Shown: piece by piece, positions 38,691 through 52,166 of the stretch
Layout of the letters: each line of letters begins with the position of its first letter
Numbering within the stretch: the first letter of the stretch is position 1
Assembly (NCBI RefSeq): GCF_001194135.2
Contig: NC_068990.1
Span: 68,057,088-68,121,087 of the forward strand
Origin: Octopus bimaculoides
Lineage: Eukaryota
Length of the DNA stretch: 64,000 bases
Direction: 5' to 3'
The notes under the pieces: model-generated
Told to the model about the DNA's origin: nothing
The model's database searches: none
Seen by the model: the letters and a program-made list of their open reading frames with translations, nothing else
Translations under genes and position numbers: made by a program

Positions 38691-39379
38691 ATAAAATGCC
38701 AATACTTTTGTACAACAAAATGCTCTATTGCTAAACAAAGATAGGCAAAATTAGTAACGTAGAGAAATAAAACAGAAACAAAATAAAAAGGAAAATAAGT
38801 AAAGTGCAAACAAAATAAGTAAATATTAAAGAGAATTTGCAGATTTTAATTTTAATTTTGAGAAATTTTTTTTAAATTTGCCAAGATAAAATCTGGTTAA
38901 TTAACAGAATTTTCAAAGATAATTGCTTAAAAATGCTTTTCTTTTCTTCTTTATTAAACAAAATATCATCATGTGAATAATGACTGAATAAAATTCACCA
39001 CGTTTGCTTTCTCTTTTATCTATAGCTTGAATCAATTAACATTTTTAGTGTTAATAAGTGAAGAGTTCATTGTTGATTAAAATTCATTATACTCACTGCA
39101 TGTGTGTGTGTGTATTAGGTAGTGTGTGAAAGAATGGCATGAGAAAGGGAGTAGAGAGGTGAGTATGAGTACAAGAGAGAAAATACGATAGAGTAAGAAA
39201 ATAAGGTGGGGGAAGTAAAGGCATGGATAGAAGTAGTGAATGGAAGAAAGAGGAGAGAAGTAAGAGAGGGATGAGGATGAGTAGTGAGAGGAAGTGACTT
39301 ATAAACAAAGTAAGGGAAAAATAAGGAAGAGACAGGGACAGTTGAGGGATACATACAAAGGAAGATATTTATGAATGGA

Positions 39380-39650
39380 AGAAGAAGGAGGAGGAGGAGG
39401 AGGAGGAGGAGGAGGAGAAGAAGAAGAAGAAGAAGAAGAAGAAGAAGAAGCAGGAGAAGGAGAAGAAGGAGAAGAAGAAGGAGAAGAAGAAGAAGAAGAA
39501 GAAGAAGAAGAAGAAGAAGAAGAAGAAGAAGAAGAAGAAGAAGAAGCAGGAGAAGAAGGAGAAGGAGAAGAAAGAGAAGAANNNNNNNNNNAGAAGAAGA
39601 AGAAGAAGAAGAAGAAGAAGAAGAAGAAGAAGAAGAAGAAGAAGGAGAAG
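39380..39650. repeat. Long (GGA)n/(GAA)n trinucleotide tract
   Basis: Direct reading; contains a 10-N gap. Confidence 0.97.
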
Positions 39651-40319
39651 GAGTAGTAGCAGTAGTCTGGGAGGAACAGTAATATATTAAAAAAATGAAA
39701 GAAAGAAAAGGGAATGAAATATTAAAATATTATATAAAAATTAAAATCTGTTTTTAAAACACCTTCAGAATTTTCTAACTGAAAATTTTATTCAATTTTT
39801 CTTATGAAGAAAATTCAATTTACAAGTAGCTCTAATGTTTTGCTATCAGGCATCTAATCTACCTTAATAGTTATTCATTAAGAAAATGCTGGGAATAAAT
39901 TTGGATATCTCATTGATGATACTTCAAAGAATACTTTTATAGGTTTTTTATGCCAAACCATTAGATTTTTCTTAATTGAAAAATAAAGGACTAATATAAT
40001 GTTTGCTGTAGGTGTCGTTACTTTTGTTCTTTAGCATATGTTGGTCTTGTTTTATTTTCACTGCTATTACTTTGCTAATATAGTGTTTTGTTGTTGATGT
40101 TGCTGATGCTGATGATGATGGTGATGTTGTTGTTGTTGGTGATGATGATGATCTTGTAGTTGTTGTTTGAATATATCATTCATTTTGTTCGAAGGCTTTA
40201 TTGAAATTGAAAAAGAATGACGCTATATTGTGTTTATATAATATAAGCAAACATGTGTGTTTATGCGCACACACACACACACACACACATATGTGTACAA
40301 ACAAGCATAAGACTGTGCA

Positions 40320-40356
40320 TAAATAATAATAATAATAATAATAAAAATAATAATAA

Positions 40357-40413
<57 letters not shown>

Positions 40414-40515
40414 CAACAACAGTAATAAAAACAACAAAACAACAATAGTAATAATAGCAACAGCAACAATACTACTACAACTACTACTATTACCTCTAAT
40501 AATAATAATAATAAT
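40320..40515. repeat. (AAT)n/(AAC)n microsatellite
   Basis: Direct reading. Confidence 0.95.
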
Positions 40516-40654
40516 AGCAATAATAATCCTATATGTGTTGCTGTTGCGTGAATTTTCATACAAATTCGTGTTTAAAGTTATTGGCTTACAGGGTATTTCC
40601 ATTTCCCATTATTAAATATCACATCGTAGAGGAAGACAGGTTAGCCATTTAAAG

Positions 40655-40697
<43 letters not shown>

Positions 40698-40844
40698 ATA
40701 TATCTATATAGTGTTTCTTATGTTCAGCCTTTGATTCATTTCTTAACAGTATTGTAATCTATAAAATGTAAAAAAAAAAGATTCTTCATATATCTACATG
40801 TAGAACTGCATTATGTTGTAGATATATAAATGCAGCAGTGGGTG

Positions 40845-41010
40845 TATCGGTACAGGCATGATAGTATAGTTAAGAAGTTAGTTTCCCAACCACATGGTTC
40901 CAGGTTCAGTTGCACTGGTTGTAGCACTTTGAGCAAGTCATTTCTACAATAGCCCCAAGCCAACACAAGCCATGTGAGTGAATTTAGTAAACAAAAAGTA
41001 GAAGGTTGTC
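40845..41010 (+). mobile_element. SINE family A, 5' half
   Basis: cccaaccacatggttccaggttcagtt...gagcaagtcatttctacaatagcc...gtgagtgaattt. Confidence 0.7.
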
Positions 41011-41076
<66 letters not shown>

Positions 41077-41189
41077 GTGTGCATGTGTGAAAAAATGCTA
41101 CCATGGGAATAAGAATAGCCTGGGCAAAGTTCAGGAAGCTTCTACTCCTACTGGAGTGAAAGGTAGATTGTATGATGTATGTGTGTGAA

Positions 41190-42056
41190 CTGCCATACTT
41201 CACGGCAGTAAAACATGCGCCGTGGCTGCTGAAGACATGTGTAGGCTCGAAAGAAATGAAGCTAGCATGACCTGCTGGATGTGTAATGTCAGTGTGCACA
41301 AGCGACAGAGTGTAAGCACCCTGAGAGAAATGTTGGACATAAGAAGCATTGGATGTGGCGTGCAAGAGAGACGTTTGTATTGGTGTGGTCATGTACTATA
41401 GAGGGATGAGGAGAGCTGTGTGAAATACCTCTTCCAAACAGTGGAAGGAATCCGGGGTAGAGGGAGACCCAGGAAGACATGGGATGAGGTGGTGAAGCAT
41501 GACCTTCGAATGATGGGCCTCACAGAGGCAATAACAAAAGACCGAGACCTCTGAAGGTATGCTTTGACTGAGAAGACCTGGCAAATAAAAGGAGTTCACA
41601 GCTGTAACCTACACCAGTATCGCATAACCAGCCCACTCAAAAGTATCTTGGATCGTAGAGCGACGTGTTGTGCTTGAGGATACCTATTGAGTCAAGTACA
41701 TCAAAATCAAATCAAATGGAAATTATAGTTGTGATCCCCATGCCAATGGCATGTAAAAAGCACCATCCAAATGCAGCTGGTGCCCGCATCGCCTTGATTG
41801 GCTTCCATGCCGGTGGCATGTAAAAAGCACCATCCAATCGTGGTCGATGCTAGCCCCCTCTGGTCCCTGTGCCAGTGGCACGAAAAAAGCACCCACTACA
41901 CTCCCGGAGTGGTTGGCGTAAGGGAAGGCATCCAGCTGTAGAAACATTGCCAGATCAGACTGGAGCCTGGTGTAGCCTCCTGGCTTCCCAGACCCCAGTC
42001 AAACCGTCCAACCCATGCCAGCATGGAAAACGGACATTAAACGATGATGATGATGA
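41190..42056 (+). mobile_element. RTE LINE, longest 3' fragment (ORF C-terminus + 3' UTR + (GAT)n)
   Basis: DM*ARKK*S*HDLLDV*C...LREMLDIRSIGCGVQERRLYWCGHV...GRGRPRKTWDEVVKHDL, then UTR and gatgatgat. Confidence 0.9.
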
Positions 42057-42350
42057 TATATATATAATTATATAATTTTCTTTCCAAAAACATAGCATAG
42101 AAGTGTTCAAGTTGAGCCCAAGGTGCTAGACAAGTATAATAGATACAATAAAAAAGATTCAAATCAGGCAGACTACGATTAACACATACATATACTGGTT
42201 TAATTAAGACAAAATAAGAATTGTCCAATCTGAAACATATATTGATATATTAGAAATACAAACATATAGAAATATAAAAATATATGAATACTAAGAATAT
42301 ACATAGATATATAGATAGTAATAATAGAATATAGGTACAAATAATGAAAT

Positions 42351-42680
42351 ATAGAAAAAAGACATGTTTTTAAGAATTCAAAGTATAATATAGAGAAAGT
42401 GATAGGCATTAGAAAGAGTTTTGGGTAACATATTAGAGGAAAATAAGGTGTTCCAAAAATCGTTTCAGGAATACATCATCAGGGAAAAATAGTATTTACA
42501 CTATTTTTCCCTAATGATGGGGCATTCTATCGAAATAAATCTTAAGATTCAAATGTTATCTGCACGAATGTACTCCTGAAATGATCGTTGGAACACCTTA
42601 TCTTCCTCTAAAATGTGACCCAAAACTCGTTTTCTCTATATTATATTTTGAATTTTTAAAATGTCTTTTTTTTTCCATAT
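42351..42680. mobile_element. Foldback/MITE-like element with nested hairpin
   Basis: gagttttgggtaacatattagaggaaaataaggtgttccaa pairs with ttggaacaccttatcttcctctaaaatgtgacccaaaactc; outer AT-rich arms also pair; inner hairpin cagggaaaaatagt/actatttttccct. Confidence 0.8.
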
Positions 42681-42682
42681 AA

Positions 42683-43320
42683 CATTGCTGACCACTGAGC
42701 AGAAAGGACATTGCATCGAAGTCAATCAAGATCTCCGTCAGTGTGATGCTGCTGACCCATCCTTCATGTCGAGGATCATCACCAGTGATGTGAGTTAGGT
42801 CTACTGATATGACCATGAGATGAAGCTGCAGTCACACAATGAAAGAGGCCTTCGTCTGCATGGCCAAAGAAGGCATGAAAGAGCCACAGCTCAATCAAGA
42901 GCATGCTCATTGTTTTTTACAACATTCACTGTACCTACATCAAGAATTCATCCCCCAGGGCCAGACCACCAACCAAGAGTTCTATTGTGACATTTTGAAG
43001 CATTTGAGGGAAGACGTTCGGTGCTCTATTCATCAGATATAGGCTCCTGCAGACTTTCATTTCTTCCCCCAAGATGAAAATGCAGCTCAAAGGTCATTGT
43101 TTCAACACTGTTGTTGAGACCCAGAGTGAATCGTAGAAAGTCCTTGACTTGCTTATGGAAAACGACTTCCAGGCTGGATTCCAAAAGTGGCAAGAACACT
43201 GGGACCAGTGCATTGCTGTGCAAGGTGGCTATTTCAAAGGAGATGATGTTAAAACTTAGGTAAATAAGTTATTTTTTTATTAAAAATAACTAGTCTAGGA
43301 GCATTCCTGATACCACTTCA
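42683..43320 (+). mobile_element. mariner (DD34D-type) transposon relic with internal deletion
   Basis: IITSD(ETW)..YDHE, QTTNQEFYCDILKHLRE, YSSD.APADFHFFPKMK and FQKWQEHWDQCIAVQGGYFKGD; right TIR-like end ctgataccacttcata. Confidence 0.85.
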
Positions 43321-43331
43321 TAAATAAAATG

Positions 43332-43597
43332 NNNNNNNNNNNNNNNNNNNNNNNNNNNNNNNNNNNNNNNNNNNNNNNNNNNNNNNNNNNNNNNNNNNNN
43401 NNNNNNNNNNNNNNNNNNNNNNNNNNNNNNNNNNNNNNNNNNNNNNNNNNNNNNNNNNNNNNNNNNNNNNNNNNNNNNNNNNNNNNNNNNNNNNNNNNNN
43501 NNNNNNNNNNNNNNNNNNNNNNNNNNNNNNNNNNNNNNNNNNNNNNNNNNNNNNNNNNNNNNNNNNNNNNNNNNNNNNNNNNNNNNNNNNNNNNNNN
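43332..43597. other. Assembly gap (N run)
   Basis: Run of n. Confidence 0.99.
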
Positions 43598-43722
43598 ATT
43601 CCCACATTTATTGCAGCAGCCCTTCAGTTTTTTTAAGAACTGTAAAAGAACTCAGAAGGCTGGGCCTCCAACCAAGCCTTTTACAACACCCTTACAGCCA
43701 CAAACATTTCAGCACCTCCATG

Positions 43723-43807
<85 letters not shown>

Positions 43808-46570
43808 GTGTGTGTGTGTGTGTGTGTGTGTGTCTTGACATTGTCATACAATCAGTGTCAAGCTTCTTTTGATCTTCCATGAAAGTATGTCTGGTCATGA
43901 GGAAATATTACCTAATATGGAAGCAGGTGGTTGCAAAGTAAAATGAATTTCTTAACCACAATGCCATGCCTGAATATACAAAACAAAGAAAATTTAAAAG
44001 GATGCACTGTTTGTTGGGAGACTAGACTCAATACACTTTAGTTATGCATCTAATGCTCTTTGAACAAGGAATAAAAGTCACAAATTCCCATTTTGCAACG
44101 TTAAAATATCTATGCAATAGTGACTATGATACTTGAAGTATATCTAAATCATTTCCTCTAATTTTTTTCTTTTACTATGTAAAATTAATCTACCTAATTA
44201 ATGAAAAGTAAAGATTTTGTAGAATTTTACAGGTTTCACTCAGCACAATAGATAATGTTTTATACAAAGATATGTCAGTCTGTATTCATGTCATTATTTC
44301 AACAATTATTGTGTGTTTAATAACTTTTCTTGTATTTTTTTTTTCCTTTTTTGCTTATAGAGCTTCAAAATCAATGATTTAAACAAATTTCTGTTTCATT
44401 AATATATTGAAACAATAACATAAGTATAACAAAGTTACCATTTAGCCATGTGTAGGAATATGTATGTAGGTGTATATATATGTGTATGGATGGAAGGATA
44501 TATATGTAAGTGTGTGTATATACATATATGTGTGTGTGTGTGTGCGACTGGAAGGATACGTACATAAGTGTATATGTATGTATGTATGTGCATGTATGGA
44601 TGAAAGGATGCATATGTAAGCATGTATGTATGTATGTATGTGTGTGTATATGCATGTGTGGATGCACAAAAGTTTATACAGGATTATTTCGATGTGTATA
44701 TAATGCAGTGTCTAGGTTTAAGATTACAGAAAATTAGTTGAAATCAACACTTTGTTTATAGAGTTTAAATGTAACAAACTATAAACCATATAAAACAAAG
44801 AAGGAGGCACAGTAACAGGCTAGACAGTCAAATGGTTACAGACGTTTTTTATCAAAATGATCAATGAATACCTCAATATGGTTCCGATTACACGTATCAC
44901 CTTCACCCCTCATCCTCCAACGTTCACTCTTTCCCTTGTTTTCCCCCTTGGTCTATGTGTCTTAGATTACTAAGTACTCTCTGAATTTGTTATGTACAGT
45001 GTACACTCAGTTGGATGATGCCATGATAGAACCATTATCTCATTGCTGTGCTTCCTCTACAGGGATTGGTGAGTGGTACACCCTCTTTGGTGCTGGTGCC
45101 ATGAAAAATTATCCCAAGTCAAATGACACATGGGGCTAGTGATTCGCAAAAGAAATTACTTGGACTGTGATGACCCTCTAACCCACTGCTATCAATAATG
45201 AAGATGGTGTATTGGTGAGCATGAGTGTGTACTCTGTTTGTGTGTGTGTGTGTGTATTCATTCACACAGACACACCTCAACAACTTAAATGAGAAGAGAG
45301 CAAGAGGAAAGTAACCTGTTTTAAACCTCCTCCTCATCTATAGCATGCACATCTCAAAGAATACAGATAGGAATCTCTTATTACTTGAAAGCTATCTCCT
45401 GTGACCTACATAGAAATACCACAAGCTCTTTATTTAACACAATATCAAGATTAGTTATATTTGCCAAGACAAAAGTGCTTCCATCATTAAACATCATAAT
45501 CAGAAATACAAATCTGCACAGATTCCACTTGAGCAATTATTTTTGACTGTCAAAATCAATTTGCGTTTTTGCCTCAAGAATCTTGTCTCTCCATAGGAAT
45601 GGTATACTGAGCATATCTCACACCACCTGACAGTATCCAGAGAAACTACACAAAGTTCACTAATCATGGTTTCAACAGATATCACAATAAACTTTTGTAA
45701 TTTAGGTTTAGAAACAGTAAAAATCTCACTCCTCTGTATTAATTTATGCATAACCTCCAAAACCAAAGGCATTACCGCTCTTCTATTCTTCAAATACTAC
45801 TGATAGAGTGATCCAATCTTTAAATCTATACCTTGTAACTGTAGACTTTGCCTACCTAAAGTGTTTCCATCAGTGGAATAGCTTGCAGTATCACTCATAA
45901 TGTGTGTATAAATCAATGCATATATGTATGTGTGTATGTATAACGTAATTATCAATACATATAATGAATATGTATTAAGGAACGAAATATAAATACATTC
46001 ACATACAAAATCATATTTGCAAGCAATAACATACATGTATTCTGTATGCACATGCATGTGCATATACAACTGCTGTTTGAAAGCAAGAAATAAAATCACA
46101 GAACTTTGTACTGCTCAGCTTTGAAACAAAGAAAAACTAAACCACATTCTAGCTTCTATTCATACAACCTAGCATCAAGGATCATATTTTTTCTAAGCTT
46201 AATTCCCATTTCAATACACACAAAAAAAATATATGACATGGCTTGTTTTATCATTTTCAACTACAATATAGGGGACAAACAGATAAAACAAATAAGATGA
46301 AATACAGAGCAAAACCATAAGGAATTTTTTTTTCTTAAAGTTACAAAGACAATTCTGTCAATATCTGTGTGTGTGTGTGTGTGTGTGTATGTACATGCGT
46401 GTGTATTTATATGTTGTACTGTAAGAAAATTTGATGAGTATTACAAAAATATGATCGCAGTAATCAGCAGACTTTTTACTCCATTGCTTATAAAACACTC
46501 TACTCTACAGACCTTTATGTAGTCTTTTAAATAGCTTGTAGCTTCGTTTTTCTGATAATANNNNNNNNNN

Positions 46571-46616
<46 letters not shown>

Positions 46617-48239
46617 CAGATCCACACAGTTTTATACCAACACACACACATACATACATATATATATATTGTTTATATACACATATACTGTTTATATAGA
46701 TGTGTGTACGAATTTCCACTCAAACACAAACATACATATACATATATATATCCACACACCTAATACCAATGTGATGGCAAAACAATTGTTGTGCTAACTT
46801 TTAGATGTGTGTGGGAGGGGTGTGTGCATGTGTTAGTTAAGATTAAGTTTGTTTTTCAGTTTACAGACACAAACATACACGTACTTCAGGAACAAATGCT
46901 CACATGCTTTATACTCTTATAGGTTTGTCACAAACGTGTATTGAGCAGTTTTATGTGTCTACATATTAAAACCTGAGCACACATACACACATGTACACAC
47001 ACACATACCCACAACCAACCAAATGCATATAACCATCAGAGCACACATGCAAACACACAAACACACACAAACGTATACTCACTCACTACGCATGCACATA
47101 AAGTGTTCTTTCATCAATAATTTTTCTGTCTATAAATCATTCAATGTACGGTTATTCAACTCAAACAGTTCACTTTCTCAAAACAAAAATAACCCTCTCT
47201 CTCTAAGCTCAAGCAATATTTTCTTTATTTATTCATTCAATTATTTATTTATTTATTCATTCACTTATTTATTTATCTATATATTCATTCATTCATTTTT
47301 CTGTTTATTTTTTACAAAGATATCTCAGATGTGAAATACAATAGCACAAAATATATCTTAGTCAATATATGTATTTCCTGACTCATTTTATTGTCTTACT
47401 TTTTGCATTGAAGAATGGACATAAAAAAAAATATTTTAGTTGAGAATACATGATGGTGGATGAAACAGATCTACTTTTTCCTTTAGCTTCTGTTTATCAC
47501 TGTATATTTTTGGTGGTGGGGGTAAATTTTGTCTTCGTGATGATTCTTCACCAATAAGTTTAGTTTGAAGGCAGCAGAAGAATTCATGTAAACTGACCCA
47601 TTCTTCAATTTCATTATTGTATTGTACAGTTATAGTCTTTTCCAATCTGTACTGGCAGACATGTCTGCGTATATATGTGTCTATAAGTGTCTATACGTCT
47701 ATGTTCATATGAACACGTGTGTGTGTGTGTGTGGAGGAGATATGTATGTGTATGATTTTATAGACAGATACATTCATGAACATACACACACACACATACA
47801 ATAACAAAAGTGAGTTGCGGGTGGAAATTTTTAGACTTTAATGTATTGCATTGTTACTATATTTATCCTAAGCTGTAAGTAGTTCAACGTGTAAAACTAT
47901 TTCATAGGATTACTCAACAAGATGGGAATAACAGGTGATAGCCAACAACAAGAAGCATAGTAGCTTTTCTTGAATGTGCTCTGAGGCATTTGCCACACCC
48001 AATTTATAAGTGTGTATATATATATATATATGTATGTATAGCAACCGGTAAGTGTTATAGGAAACTAGTTAGCTTCAAGCATTTATGCGGCTAATACAGA
48101 TGACAAGAAAGTGGACAATATACAATAAAACATGTTTATTAACATTGTAAGTAACATATATGTTCCCATTCCTTACTTTTATAAATATATACACACATAT
48201 ATACATATACATGCATATTTCCAAGTAAGTTTTATATAC

Positions 48240-48324
<85 letters not shown>

Positions 48325-48327
<3 letters not shown>

Positions 48328-48645
48328 GGTTTAGTGGTTAGAGTGTCGAGCTTACGATCATGAGGTTGTGAGTTTGAATCCCGGACCGGGCTGCATGTTG
48401 TGTTCTTGAGCAAGACACTTTATTTCACGTTGCTCCAGTTCACTCAGCTGTAGGAATGAGTTGTTACGTGATAGGTGCCAAGCTGTATTGGCCTTTGCCT
48501 TTCCCTTGGTGGCGTGCAGTGGGGAGGCCGGTATGCATGGGCGACTGTTGGTCTTCCATAAACATCCTTGCCAGGACATGTGCCTGGAAGGGAGACTTTC
48601 TAGGTGCAATCTCATGGTCAGTCATGACCGAAAGGGGTCTCAGCA
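48325..48645 (+). mobile_element. tRNA(Arg-like)/CORE-type SINE, near full length
   Basis: A box tttagtggtt, loop ttacgat, B box gagtttgaatccc, CORE-like gtgttcttgagcaagacactt...ccagttcactcagctgta. Confidence 0.8.
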
Positions 48646-48663
48646 GCTCAGCAGACACACGCG

Positions 48664-48713
<50 letters not shown>

Positions 48714-48984
48714 CACATAATACATGCGGTGAGTGTGCCCTGATATGACTTCAGTGATACGTAGATTCAGTCTGTTACTCAGTAATACATGCATAACCAG
48801 AAAGAGAAATCCTTATTTACTTTAGTAAGTGCACATATGCCAATATACATTATCAGTACACAGGTGCACTATCTCCAACTCTACCTTGATGCATTTACTA
48901 TTTAAATACCTGATTCTTTCAAATCTTGAAAAGTTATATACATATTAATATGAACATATATAAATCATAGTCACAGACAGTACT

Positions 48985-49185
48985 AATGGCACGTAAAAAG
49001 CACCTGTGATGGTGACACATAAAAGACACCCACTACAATCTTGGAGTGGTTGGTGTTAGGAACGGTATACAACCATAGAAACCAAGCCAAAATCAGACTG
49101 GAACCTGGTACAGCTCTCTGGTTTGCCAACTTCAGACAAACCGTCAGCATACAAAATGAGTGTTAAATGATGATGATCATGATGA
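48985..49185 (+). mobile_element. RTE LINE 3' tail
   Basis: ggcacgtaaaaagcacc...cccactacaatcttggagtggttggtgttaggaa...aaatgatgatgat. Confidence 0.75.
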
Positions 49186-49919
49186 TATACACACACACAC
49201 GCACATAAAACAACAAAAGTACAGGATACATTTACAGTCAATCAATTTTATTAGTTTGATGCTGAAGGAAGACTGGAGACAGTAAAGAATATTACATTAC
49301 AGACTTAGTCATTTTTCAGATAATTGACAACAGTACAGGAGAAACTGGGAAGATAAAGAACAGAAGAAGAAAGAGGGATAAAAAAACAGAATGATGGAAA
49401 ATATGCACAGGGGATCAGTTTATACATTCATCCTCTGACTCCCTGGATGAAAGGATCGTTGAGGGCTTTGTGGCAAGGAAGTGATACATGGGTACCTGTT
49501 CTTGTGTGTATATGCGTGTATATACACATACACACATATATGCATATATATGCATACACACATACATGATTGTTTATATGTCTGTGTACATAGGAGATAT
49601 AAGCAGTGTGTGCATGAGTGTTGTATGCATTTCTGTCTGTATGTGTGTGCATATATATATATATGCGTATGTGTGAGAGTATCAGGAGTGTACATGTGTA
49701 CTAAAATAGTAAAATGAATGATTGCTGGAGACAAAGTGTGCGTGTGTGTGCATGTGCATGTGTGATGTGTGTGTGCTTACGTATGTGTGTTTATATGTGT
49801 ATATGAAAACAATAAAATGGACAATTGGCAGTGTGCACATCTGTGTGTGTGTGTGTGCGTGTGTGTGTGCATGTGAGTGCATGTGTTTGTGAGAAAAAAA
49901 TTATCATAAGTAAATTATG

Positions 49920-50375
49920 TGAAAATAAGAATTGCATCAAGATGTGCCAATCTCTAATTGTAGAAGAAATATGTGGAAGGGGTAGACTTAGGAAGACGTG
50001 GGATGAAGAGGTGAGAAAGGATCTAGAAATGTTAGGACTCACAGAGAGGATGACAGAGGACCAAGAATCCTGGTGGTTTGCTGTGCCTGAAAAGACACAC
50101 CAAGCTAAGTACAAGCGTGGTTACTCTTGCATCCAGGATCACCCCTTGCAACCCTCTGCAACTGAGCATCTTTAATCTCATGGGCTCATAAATGAAGGTG
50201 CCATGTAAAAAGCACCCAGAGCATTCTGGCATTAGGAAGGGCATCCAGCCATAGAAATCATGCCAAGACAGACATAGGGCCTGAATAACCTTTCAGCTGG
50301 TCAGCTTCTGTCAAACCGTCCAACTCATACCAGCATGGAAAATGGACAATAAATGATGATGAAGATAATGACGAT
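49920..50375 (+). mobile_element. RTE LINE 3' end
   Basis: CQSLIVEEICGRGRLRKTWDEEVRKDLEMLGLTE..WWFAVPEKTHQAK, then tail. Confidence 0.82.
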
Positions 50376-50478
50376 GTTAGAAGTGGGGTAAAAGTGAACA
50401 CTGAACAGGACCAAGAGATGTGTGTACATTCATTGCATGTATGTATGAGTGTATATATACATACATATATGTGTATAT

Positions 50479-50592
50479 ATCATCATCATCATCATCATCA
50501 TCGTTTAACGTCTGCTTTCCATGCTAGCATGGGTTGGACGACTTGACTGAGGACTGGTGAAACCGGATGGCAACACCAGGCTCCAATCCAAT
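50479..50592 (-). mobile_element. RTE LINE 3' tail, young-looking copy
   Basis: Near-identical reverse complement of 30045-30157. Confidence 0.85.
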
Positions 50593-50749
50593 CTATATAT
50601 ACATATATATATATANNNNNNNNNNNNNNNNNNNNNNNNNNNNNNNNNNNNNNNNNNNNNNNNNNNNNNNNNNNNNNNNNNNNNNNNNNNNNNNNNNNNN
50701 NNNNNNNNNNNNNNNNNNNNNNNNNNNNNNNNNNNNNNNNNNNNATATG

Positions 50750-50841
<92 letters not shown>

Positions 50842-51532
50842 CATAGACAGGAGATACAGACAAAGATATGCACATGTATATGTACATGCTTGTACATTTG
50901 TGTATATATGTGTTAGTGTCTCCTTGTTTTAATGAATGTCAGCCTCATACAAGCAATGTCATTTGTATCCAATCTGCAGTGAAAATATATCTAGCCTAGG
51001 GGAAATATTACCTTATATGGTGAGTGTTGCTGCCAAGAAGGGCATCCAGCCACAAAAAAGTCTACTTCAATGAATCTAATTCTATTCATGCAAGCATACA
51101 AATGTGGATGCTGAAGATTGAAAATAATGTTTTAACAGATTCAACCTGTACAAGTAACTATACCTGTACAAACTATTTTAGTTTATAAGAAAACAAAATT
51201 TTCCTTTCCATATATACTGTTATCCATGACATTAAAAAAACTCAGTTCAAACAGTTGACAGTCTTGCCTGTCACACGTACACACTGACAAAATAATCACC
51301 AATCAGAATTCACCAAAATAGTATGCTAAGCATACTATATAGTATGCTAAATATGTATAGTATTTTAAAACATATATGTTTTAGCATACTGTATATATAT
51401 ATATATAGGAAGAAAAAATAATAATAATAAGGCAGAATGCTAAACTGAAAGCATATTTTAATATAGATGTGCATAAGGAGAATTAAAAAGGATTTCTAAC
51501 CAGCTTTCATTGCATGACATATATATATATGT

Positions 51533-51563
<31 letters not shown>

Positions 51564-51584
51564 GGAAGAAAAAATAATAATAAT

Positions 51585-52166
51585 NNNNNNNNNNNNNNNN
51601 NNNNNNNNNNNNNNNNNNNNNNNNNNNNNNNNNNNNNNNNNNNNNNNNNNNNNNNNNNNNNNNNNNNNNNNNNNNNNNNNNNNNNNNNNNNNNNNNNNNN
51701 NNNNNNNNNNNNNNNNNNNNNNNNNNNNNNNNNNNNNNNNNNNNNNNNNNNNNNNNNNNNNNNNNNNNNNNNNNNNNNNNNNNNNNNNNNNNNNNNNNNN
51801 NNNNNNNNNNNNNNNNNNNNNNNNNNNNNNNNNNNNNNNNNNNNNNNNNNNNNNNNNNNNNNNNNNNNNNNNNNNNNNNNNNNNNNNNNNNNNNNNNNNN
51901 NNNNNNNNNNNNNNNNNNNNNNNNNNNNNNNNNNNNNNNNNNNNNNNNNNNNNNNNNNNNNNNNNNNNNNNNNNNNNNNNNNNNNNNNNNNNNNNNNNNN
52001 NNNNNNNNNNNNNNNNNNNNNNNNNNNNNNNNNNNNNNNNNNNNNNNNNNNNNNNNNNNNNNNNNNNNNNNNNNNNNNNNNNNNNNNNNNNNNNNNNNNN
52101 NNNNNNNNNNNNNNNNNNNNNNNNNNNNNNNNNNNNNNNNNNNNNNNNNNNNNNNNNNNNNNNNNN
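51585..52166. other. Assembly gap (N run)
   Basis: Run of n. Confidence 0.99.

Noticed and set aside
39371-39682. Poly-Arg / poly-Glu ORFs
   Set aside because: Translations of the GAA/GGA tract
40176-40615. Poly-Asn / poly-Leu / poly-Tyr ORFs
   Set aside because: Translations of the AAT microsatellite
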